From positions 1 to 64,000 of IMG/VR virus record IMGVR_UViG_3300033073_001572: a stretch of DNA of 64,000 nt; one strand, 5' to 3'. This document shows positions 9,406-16,954 of the stretch, piece by piece; position 1 is the first letter of the stretch, and every line of letters starts with the position of its first letter. This DNA is from a virus. Its lineage: Duplodnaviria > Caudoviricetes. A program made the translations under genes and the position numbers. Below the pieces are notes generated by a model that was not told where the DNA came from, did no database searches, and was given only the letters and a program-made list of their open reading frames with translations.

Positions 9406-9702
9406 TTACGATGCCCTCATTATCTCATAAACGGCGTTTAGGTCTTTGGGAACACGTATGTATGTCCCGGGTGCAAGCTGTGTGGGCCAACCGATTCCAG
9501 ATGCAGCAGCGATAATCCACCAGAGCGTGCTATCACCGTACGCTTCAAAGGCAATGATGTCGAGCCGTGATGTTGCATCAATCTGCAAGACTTCAGCAGG
9601 AATTGCTCCCGAATCAACAGCATCAAAAATGAGTCTAGTCATATCTGATGAAGAATAGAAGCGATTATTAATGATGGGATTAAATGAGTAACGACTAGGC
9701 AT
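9406..9702 (-). CDS. LysM-like / tail protein X (gp53-like) baseplate protein
   Basis: SRLDIIAFEAYGDSTLWWIIAAASGIG...LAPGTYIRVP pattern. Confidence 0.8.
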   Translation of the reverse strand: MPSRYSFNPIINNRFYSSSDMTRLIFDAVDSGAIPAEVLQIDATSRLDIIAFEAYGDSTLWWIIAAASGIGWPTQLAPGTYIRVPKDLNAVYEIMRAS

Positions 9703-9718
9703 GTGATCTCACTATGTG

Positions 9719-12700
9719 TCAATTCTTTAAGCGGATTTTCTTAACTTCTTCATTTTGATAAATTTTCAGTGCAAGCTCGTCACCATTATTTCCATATGCG
9801 ACTCGTGACTTTCTGCCGTGGTCCTGGTGCGGATCACCTGCAATCTTGATCATTGATCCCACATTATAGACAGGCGCACGATTTGCACCGTATGCATCGA
9901 GACCTGGGCTGATGTCGTGTATTGGTTCAAAGTTCATCGTAATCTTACAGGCCATGGGTGCTCTTCCATTCCAGTCGATGTTCCACGTTGATTGTTGATC
10001 AAGCCATGAGAACTGGAGAGACGTCACGACACCTGCCAAGCCCCTGCCCATCGATCCTTCAATTGCATGCGTGACCGGATTGTTAAGTGGACTTGTAAAT
10101 TGTCTTGCATATGTTCCGGCGAGATCTTGAAGTGTATCTAAGAAGTTGATTGAAACACCTGCACTGGCAAGCGCATTATTGGCTGTAGTAATGCCGAGGC
10201 CTGCACTTTCGACAATGAAACGGTTAGCAGCATTAGCCGGTGTCGGGCTCGACAACAATTGTGCTGATACCATTGCACCTTGGAGGACGGCACCAAAGTA
10301 AGTGTCAGGATCAATCAGGCACTGGTCAAGACCGACTTCACACTTATAGTTTTCAAGATTTTCGTCACCACCTGCAACTACAAACGATGACTTTGCAAGA
10401 TTAAAGAAGCTATCTTTGATTTCAACATTGACATTGACTTGATTATTAGATACACTTGACGACTTTGTTGTAACATTGACCATGGTCGGCCTAAGAATTC
10501 TCACAGACTTTTTCTTGCTGCTGTCTGCAGCATCAACGAATGTGTAGGGTTCAAATCTAGGCTTTAAGAAGATTTGACCATTAAAGCTTGACCATCGCTG
10601 TGTCCACTCAGCTTTGTCGCTCCATGATTGTGGTGTAATAACGTTGAGCAGGGGATTCACAAATCCATTAACAAGCGTTGAATCTAACAAATCTGCTATT
10701 CCAACTTTTGCAAGACCTGGCCAGCCCGTTTGAAGACTTGAAATTGTTAAAAGTTCTGCAGGTGATGCAATCAGCGCAAATATTGGTAACATTGACCAGG
10801 ACCAAAGTGAATTTTCACCTCCCCATATCTTTGTAAGATCAGTATTTTCTGTTATCGCACCGGCCTCAGGATTTCCAACACCAAACAAGCGTGCAATATT
10901 AAATCTTGAATAATTGCTCTTTATCACATCACCAATTCTAAGACGAATGACGGGTGTTCCGCCCATGACCTGACTAAATGGTTGCTCGAATGTAAAGTTT
11001 TTAGATGTACCAAGAATCTGATTAAACCTTGCCTTCTTGTCCTGGACAAGATTGCCAGAAGTATACTGGGGATAGACAAGTGTCACAATCTTGTTGATTT
11101 TTGCCCACATTTCATCGAAATCTTCAGGTGAGGTTGAAACGACCCAGAAGGAGAACCCAATCGAACGTTTTGTTCCTCCGTATGTCTTAACGGTATCTGC
11201 TCTCCCGTGCGTCGCCATTCCTCCATACGAAGCTGCATAGCTATCTGTCAGCGTGTCTAGAAACGCGTGTAGACCGACGACCTCATTCGTTCTAAGATCG
11301 TGGAAGTAAAATGGAACATACTCTGCGTCGAGTCTGTTCTCTAGGTTATTAACTACCTCAATTGGAATACGGCCGTTGACGCGTGTAGAAACGTACGTCT
11401 TGTCTCTCATTGATCCACCAACCATGTGCTTGACTGGGTTGGGACCGTCAAATATGTAATCCATGTCAAGCGTGGCACGTATCAGTGTGGGTGGGAGCAG
11501 AAATGCACTTGGGACTGCGCTATGACGCCACGCAAGTGAAAGTTCACTTCTTATGGTTTGTTCCCTACTCTTCATGACCCTGTTACCAGGAAGTGAGGCA
11601 AATGAATCAATATCGAACGCTGTTGACAATTTGCCATCTACATTGGTATTATCAATGCCTGCATCGGGTTCTTCAAGATGCGCTGCAAGATATGTGTATC
11701 CAATTTCTGCAAAGACATTTGCAACTCTTAACGCCTTATTGCCCATCAGGTTGACGATCGAATCTGCAGCATCATCAAAATCCTGGGAAGTCATTGAATT
11801 TTCAAACATCGACATTGAACGTATGACAGACCTAGCAATCGCATTCCAGAAGCCGTGTGACTCAAGCACAAGTGGCATCTTTGCTGTCTCTTCGATTGAG
11901 CTAGCGCTGATGTTATCAACATCAATTCCAAAGTAAAGTAGAACTCCTGCGCGGACGCACTGATCAAAGTCAAAGCGTCCTGTGTTGACTAGGATGATTT
12001 TCGATATTGCTTTAAATGATGACTCGACATTTCGTTGTGGGGATTTACCCATGTAGAAGGGGCCGAGACCTGCATCAGCTTCTTCAGAAGATATTGTATG
12101 TGACTGAAGTGTCCCTTTGATTAGCCTTGAGAGTGATGTTATAGCAATCGCAGCTTGATATGCGCTAAACTTACGAAGTGCGCCTGTTCCAAGCGTTGTG
12201 TGCGTAAAAGTTACATCAGGCGTGTATGCAGTCGTGTTAGAAACGCTATATTTTGCATCTGATCCATCACGTGTGACTGCCTCTCCTCGACCGCCCAGAA
12301 GACTATTGCCCCCTTCAACGGGTGCTCCATAAGATTCAGCAGGTCTGACCTGGTCGGGAAATAGTGAATTAATGATCGTTGGATATTTTTGAAAGTCTGT
12401 TGGCGACATTCTACGCATAAAAGTCGCTGGATCGGGCGAATCTGTCGCTGAGGTTGTTGGATCCCAACCCGCTGCCTTGAGTAACATGCTATGAGCAATC
12501 TCATGTAGATTGTCACTCTTTACGTGCCTTGCAGTGTTGCTTGAACCCGGTGTGTATGCGCCCTTTTCAACTTGGAATGATAGACGAATTCTTTCATCGA
12601 CATTCGATGAGATTGTTGGTGTATCAGCAAGATTTGAGTCGATAAAAGTTCCGTCGATTGATCCGTTCGTGTCAGCATAGCGATTATACTTCTTGAGCAT

Positions 12701-13219
12701 CTTGAACGCACCTGTCACAGCGGGTGATTGTCCAAGAATTGTGTCTGTATTTTCTTGCGCTGCCTTGACATCCTTGATGATCTTATCACCTGATGTTGTC
12801 GGATTTCTTCCCACCTTGTCGACAACGGAATTGACATCTGTGCCTGATGATTCGAAGTATTGTGTCGTAGGTGGGTATTCATTGCTTTTAACGAAGACCT
12901 TGCGAGCACCCTGGTCCTCGGCGCGAGTTAGATTCTGTCCTCGTCTTGATGATGATGCCTCAGATGTCGGACCCGAAGCATCAATTGAATACTCATTTCT
13001 TGATTCTTGAGTGATGTATGCTGTATATCCTGGCACAAGCCCACCAGGTGACCCAAATCCTACGAGCTCTTTTCCAGTGTTTGGGTCAATTCCGAGGTCA
13101 TCGCCCGGATCCAGGGCACTAGTGTCTCCGCCCCGGGGGTCATCAACATAAGAAATCTGACCTACAGGAACGCCTACGACTCGATTAAGATAGTCTTTAA
13201 GTGTCTGTCTTGTGCTCAT
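9719..13219 (-). CDS. Large tail/baseplate protein with a tube-initiator-like domain
   Basis: Segment PFYFHDLRTNE...FLDTLTDSY...GRADTVKTYGGTKRSIGFSFWVV...YPQY...PVIRLRIGD resembles tube-fold initiator proteins; lies downstream of the tape measure. Confidence 0.55.
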   Translation of the reverse strand: MSTRQTLKDYLNRVVGVPVGQISYVDDPRGGDTSALDPGDDLGIDPNTGKELVGFGSPGGLVPGYTAYITQESRNEYSIDASGPTSEASSSRRGQNLTRAEDQGARKVFVKSNEYPPTTQYFESSGTDVNSVVDKVGRNPTTSGDKIIKDVKAAQENTDTILGQSPAVTGAFKMLKKYNRYADTNGSIDGTFIDSNLADTPTISSNVDERIRLSFQVEKGAYTPGSSNTARHVKSDNLHEIAHSMLLKAAGWDPTTSATDSPDPATFMRRMSPTDFQKYPTIINSLFPDQVRPAESYGAPVEGGNSLLGGRGEAVTRDGSDAKYSVSNTTAYTPDVTFTHTTLGTGALRKFSAYQAAIAITSLSRLIKGTLQSHTISSEEADAGLGPFYMGKSPQRNVESSFKAISKIILVNTGRFDFDQCVRAGVLLYFGIDVDNISASSIEETAKMPLVLESHGFWNAIARSVIRSMSMFENSMTSQDFDDAADSIVNLMGNKALRVANVFAEIGYTYLAAHLEEPDAGIDNTNVDGKLSTAFDIDSFASLPGNRVMKSREQTIRSELSLAWRHSAVPSAFLLPPTLIRATLDMDYIFDGPNPVKHMVGGSMRDKTYVSTRVNGRIPIEVVNNLENRLDAEYVPFYFHDLRTNEVVGLHAFLDTLTDSYAASYGGMATHGRADTVKTYGGTKRSIGFSFWVVSTSPEDFDEMWAKINKIVTLVYPQYTSGNLVQDKKARFNQILGTSKNFTFEQPFSQVMGGTPVIRLRIGDVIKSNYSRFNIARLFGVGNPEAGAITENTDLTKIWGGENSLWSWSMLPIFALIASPAELLTISSLQTGWPGLAKVGIADLLDSTLVNGFVNPLLNVITPQSWSDKAEWTQRWSSFNGQIFLKPRFEPYTFVDAADSSKKKSVRILRPTMVNVTTKSSSVSNNQVNVNVEIKDSFFNLAKSSFVVAGGDENLENYKCEVGLDQCLIDPDTYFGAVLQGAMVSAQLLSSPTPANAANRFIVESAGLGITTANNALASAGVSINFLDTLQDLAGTYARQFTSPLNNPVTHAIEGSMGRGLAGVVTSLQFSWLDQQSTWNIDWNGRAPMACKITMNFEPIHDISPGLDAYGANRAPVYNVGSMIKIAGDPHQDHGRKSRVAYGNNGDELALKIYQNEEVKKIRLKN

Positions 13220-13391
13220 TGGAAGGCCCCTGTATATTAGGTATCTCTCCGATTCGGATGAGAAGTTGCTTAGAAGCCTCTTCGTCTAACAAAACAGATC
13301 GATAGAGATCTGTGCTTCTTGTGACGATTCCATCCATAAATGATTTGAATCTTTCAATCTCGGTGAACAAATCTTTTGTTTCATCTTCCAT
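13197..13391 (-). CDS. Small hypothetical protein (about 64 aa, start MEDETK)
   Basis: Fills the gap between the tape measure and the 1166-aa gene. The ATG at 13391 is more plausible than the track's start at 13409. Confidence 0.55.
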   Translation of the reverse strand: MEDETKDLFTEIERFKSFMDGIVTRSTDLYRSVLLDEEASKQLLIRIGEIPNIQGPSNEHKTDT

Positions 13392-13401
13392 TTTTATACC
13401 T

Positions 13402-15252
13402 TTACACAACAGCTAACTTCAAAGTTGTCGCGATGCCGGTTTTATCTGGGGTTGCAGTGATGCCACCGTCAGTGGCTTCAATGATTCTTGCGTCTATTAA
13501 TTTATTAAGTGACGAAGTGTCAAGATCAAACTTGACCCTTACAGTTGCATCATCTGCCGCAGCAAGCGTAATAGTCTGTGGCACTGTTGTCGATGCTGTG
13601 GGCCCTGCCGTTCCTGTTGTTCCCGGTGCCGTGACGGGTGGTGTGACAGTAGGAACAGGTGGTGCCACGGGTTCGACCGCGGGCGGAGTGGGTGTTGCAG
13701 CTGCAGGAGGTGACGCTGTTGCTGTTGGTGTCCCGCCAGCGGGTGCAGGTGGTGTTGCGGGTTTAGGTGATAATTTTTCTGCTGCTGCCTCAGCCTTCTT
13801 AGTTGTTTCATCGATTGCAGCTTGGACCCGTTCAAAAGTTGCTATTCCACCTTCAAAGGCAGCTACAATTGATTTATTTGCAGTGACACCTGCGTCGGCC
13901 ATTGCGGGAAGATTTGTTGATGTTATAGACGCAAGATTGATTCCAAAATCTCTATAAGATTTTGCAAGTTCCTGGCTTGCTCCTGCAAGTTGTGCTGTTG
14001 CTTTCTGGGCTTCGGCAATACCTTCAGGTGTGAGTGCAGCAAGTGCTTTAACAGCGACTTCTCCCATGTCCTGGAGCGCCTTTTTTAGCTCGCCTGCTTG
14101 GAATTGAGAGTTATTTGACTGTTCTTCAATTGCAGCAGCACTAAATTCAGTAAAATCCATCATAGGATTCAAGAACGACTCAAGCTGGCGAACACCGATT
14201 CCCAGTGAGCTAGCGAGAGCTTTCTGCTCCTGGAAGGATAGGTTTTCAATAGCGACACCTTGATCTAGCAGCGACTGTCTCATCTGCTTGAGAAATTCAT
14301 CCTTGTCCTCGTTGGCAAGATAGAACATCTCAGTAGTGTCTAGTGTGGCCCCAGTGATGGCATTTAGATTTGAAATTGCCTGTGTTGCAGACTCAAATGA
14401 TGAAAACTTATCAGCTAATTTTGTCACATCATCAATGTCAAGACCTAATTGATGAATAGTCGCAGACAGAGCAGCAAGTTTGTCAGGTGTCAAATTGCCA
14501 AAATTATTTACATCGACGAGCATGCGATTCATATCTGCAGAAATTGCTTTAGATGAGAGGCCCGTGACTTTTTCAGCAGCCAAAATTGTCGATTCGTACT
14601 TGCGCATTGCATCGCCTGTTATCGAACCTGTTTTTGAAAACTCCTCTTGCATCATAGCACGAATGGCTTCTGTTGAAAGACCTAAACCTTTTGCTGCTAA
14701 GTCTACATCATGTTGGAGAGCTGCTGAGTCTTCTTTGGCGAGTGCTTTAATGCCTGCTGATTGGAGACGTGACTCATCCAACACAGTTTTATAAAATTCA
14801 GCGCCTAATTGGGCAGCATTTTTATAAAATGTTGTTAGTGGAACATTTTTTTCTGCTATTACCTTGCCAGCATCGTCATAAGCTCTGATTACGGCCTGAT
14901 TGCTTTGGTCTAAAAGATACTGACGACTTCTCTCGGCAGATTCCATGATCTCTTTTGACTGAACTTGATAGTTCTGGACCATACCGATACCAGCACCGGT
15001 TATCTTACTCGCAAGAATGCCAGGTTGTTGCGATGCTTCTATAAAGGGTGCAACAAACTGTTCGTAGAGTGGTCCGCTATATGCCTTACTAGCTACTGTC
15101 AGTGCTAGAAGTGCAGGGCCCATCTCTGTAAGATGCATTTTTGCACTTTCATATCCACTGTTAATTCCATCGACGACACCTTCAAGCAACTTTGTCTGGT
15201 TGATATCGGCATCGGTAGGTGTAGCCACGGGAGTTGTGGTCGGGTCAGCCAT
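13402..15252 (-). CDS. Tape measure protein
   Basis: Ala/Leu-rich helical protein directly after the tube and chaperone genes; TMP-like segment LADKFSSFESATQAISNLNAITG...LKQMRQSL; Pro/Thr-rich C-terminal linker. Confidence 0.7.
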   Translation of the reverse strand: MADPTTTPVATPTDADINQTKLLEGVVDGINSGYESAKMHLTEMGPALLALTVASKAYSGPLYEQFVAPFIEASQQPGILASKITGAGIGMVQNYQVQSKEIMESAERSRQYLLDQSNQAVIRAYDDAGKVIAEKNVPLTTFYKNAAQLGAEFYKTVLDESRLQSAGIKALAKEDSAALQHDVDLAAKGLGLSTEAIRAMMQEEFSKTGSITGDAMRKYESTILAAEKVTGLSSKAISADMNRMLVDVNNFGNLTPDKLAALSATIHQLGLDIDDVTKLADKFSSFESATQAISNLNAITGATLDTTEMFYLANEDKDEFLKQMRQSLLDQGVAIENLSFQEQKALASSLGIGVRQLESFLNPMMDFTEFSAAAIEEQSNNSQFQAGELKKALQDMGEVAVKALAALTPEGIAEAQKATAQLAGASQELAKSYRDFGINLASITSTNLPAMADAGVTANKSIVAAFEGGIATFERVQAAIDETTKKAEAAAEKLSPKPATPPAPAGGTPTATASPPAAATPTPPAVEPVAPPVPTVTPPVTAPGTTGTAGPTASTTVPQTITLAAADDATVRVKFDLDTSSLNKLIDARIIEATDGGITATPDKTGIATTLKLAVV

Positions 15253-15276
15253 GTGTTCCTATTCGTTGATTAGACA

Positions 15277-15510
15277 TCAATACTTATTCATCTTTCCGAG
15301 AACCTCAGAAATCGGTGTGTCATCATCAACATCAATTCCACCCTGTTGTTGGGTCGTCTTTTCATGTGCCTTGTTGATACGATTTACGAACCATGTCCTG
15401 TATCTTACAGGCATTGAACGTAATTCTCCGTATCCCACACGCAAATATTGCATGAGACCGTAGAATTGCTCTAATTGGACTTCTCGGAAGCTTTGATCAA
15501 GGCCAAAAAA
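15277..15510 (-). CDS. Tail assembly chaperone extension ('T' ORF), probably reached by frameshift
   Basis: Overlaps the end of the chaperone gene in the +1 frame across a T7 run; has no clear Shine-Dalgarno before its internal ATG; contains YGELRSMPVRYRTWFV. Confidence 0.6.
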   Translation of the reverse strand, partial: FFGLDQSFREVQLEQFYGLMQYLRVGYGELRSMPVRYRTWFVNRINKAHEKTTQQQGGIDVDDDTPISEVLGKMNKY

Positions 15511-16336
15511 ATGTTGGTCCGAGGGAAAGAGACACCGAAGACTCGGCACCACAGTAAACACAGTGTAGCCGGCCATTCATATCTATGCCTGGCTCATTCT
15601 CATTCATATAATTACGAAGAGCTCGTGAGTCACCGGCGGGCATTGAGCTAATAAATGCATTGAGCTTGTTTCGATCTGTTACACCGTCAATTGACAGAAT
15701 AGAAATCTCAAGACGGCTTGTGACCAAATTTTCAACCTGCATGTCAGGCATTGCTCTTTTCCGTCTCTCAAGCATGATTGTGTGCTCTTCCTGATCTTTT
15801 CCTGTTAGGAACTTAAAGATCACTCTCTTTTTTGAGACGGGTAGGACATACTCAAATTGATTCGATCCAGGTGTGACAGGATCAACCCTTAGCGGCTTAA
15901 TCTCTAGTTCAGATAGATCGAATGATGCTGGTTGTGTCTTACTGCAGGCCGTGCACGTCGCCTCAGCCCGATATTCTGGTCCGTATCCTGTGATCCTAAT
16001 GGCAACAAGAATAGCATTTCTATCACCTGCAATTAAGTCTCTCGTGTTAATTGATTTATCAAGAATGCATGAATTTAGAAGATGTGTAATTGTCGATCCG
16101 TCCTTAATCAAGGCTCTTGACATTAGAATGTCTTCTTCGTGTGCAGTCATTGCCTTAATTTGAACAGAGGTGCGATTATGCAAAGACGAGCCCTGTGGGT
16201 ATATTTTCCCTGCAGAAGGGAGTGGAATAGATTCAACTGGAACTGTCCAGCCAAAATCGTCCTGAAGGGGGTTCGAACGAGGTATCTGGTTGAAACCATC
16301 AGGCATTTGTGGGGCTATGTCACTCTTTTTGGGCAT
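15497..16336 (-). CDS. Tail assembly chaperone / T4 gp26-like hub assembly protein
   Basis: IPLPSAGKIY, IKAMTAHEEDIL, DLIAGDRNAILVAIRITGYG, two CxxC pairs and LPVSKKRVIFKFLTGKD; lies between the tube and tape measure genes. Confidence 0.75.
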   Translation of the reverse strand: MPKKSDIAPQMPDGFNQIPRSNPLQDDFGWTVPVESIPLPSAGKIYPQGSSLHNRTSVQIKAMTAHEEDILMSRALIKDGSTITHLLNSCILDKSINTRDLIAGDRNAILVAIRITGYGPEYRAEATCTACSKTQPASFDLSELEIKPLRVDPVTPGSNQFEYVLPVSKKRVIFKFLTGKDQEEHTIMLERRKRAMPDMQVENLVTSRLEISILSIDGVTDRNKLNAFISSMPAGDSRALRNYMNENEPGIDMNGRLHCVYCGAESSVSLSLGPTFFWP

Positions 16337-16380
16337 AATTGTCTCCTGACCAAATTTTAAAATATGAAGACAACATGTAA

Positions 16381-16412
16381 AAACACAGTCAGAAAAGAAT
16401 CTGACTGTGTTT
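16381..16412 (-). terminator. Rho-independent terminator after the tail tube gene
   Basis: 13-bp stem AAACACAGTCAGA/TCTGACTGTGTTT with a 6-nt loop, running into a T tract on the minus strand. Confidence 0.75.
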
Positions 16413-16434
16413 CATTAAGCGCTTGTTAAAAAGA

Positions 16435-16923
16435 TCAGAATTGCAGAACGCAATTATCGAAGCGAAGAGTCATGCTGATAGTGACAACATCGTCACCGTC
16501 GTAAGAAACGTCACCGAACTTAGCGCTCTCAAGGAAGGCACCCTTGATGTCCCAAAGTTCAACAACAGTTCCAATTGGATCAAGCATCTTAAGTTGGATG
16601 TCGCGCTTATAGAAGTCTGCATAGCCAGATCGTCCTGACACAGATTCGTGATGTGTGCGAATCCACTCCATCACCTGCTGTGCACCTGAGGGCGCGATTG
16701 GATCGTGAAGATCGACGCTAAGTGTATCAAATGTAAGCTTTCCTGAGATATACCGTGTTGTATTGATCCAGGGAATAGGCTTGCTTGGCATTGAAAAGCC
16801 GGGTCGACCTGCTTTCTTGATGAGGAATGCGTCGACGCCCTCGATCGCAAAGACCCAACGGTGCTTGCGCTTAGGCTCGAACTTGTTTGGAAGCATGTCG
16901 GTGACTGAAAGTGTCTCGGCCAT
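16435..16923 (-). CDS. gp19: Tail tube protein (gp19-like)
   Basis: FEPKRKHRW, GKLTFDTLSVDLHDPIAPSGAQQVMEW, YKRDIQLKMLDPIG..VELWDIKGAF; 162 aa; directly after the sheath gene. Confidence 0.9.
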   Translation of the reverse strand: MAETLSVTDMLPNKFEPKRKHRWVFAIEGVDAFLIKKAGRPGFSMPSKPIPWINTTRYISGKLTFDTLSVDLHDPIAPSGAQQVMEWIRTHHESVSGRSGYADFYKRDIQLKMLDPIGTVVELWDIKGAFLESAKFGDVSYDGDDVVTISMTLRFDNCVLQF

Positions 16924-16945
16924 ATTATTCTCCGTTTCTTAAAAC

Positions 16946-16952
16946 TAACTAT
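16946..16952 (-). promoter_or_regulatory. ATANTTA candidate late-promoter motif (ATAGTTA) before the tail tube gene
   Basis: One of 11 intergenic copies; followed by a GGAG SD. Confidence 0.6.
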
Positions 16953-16954
16953 CT

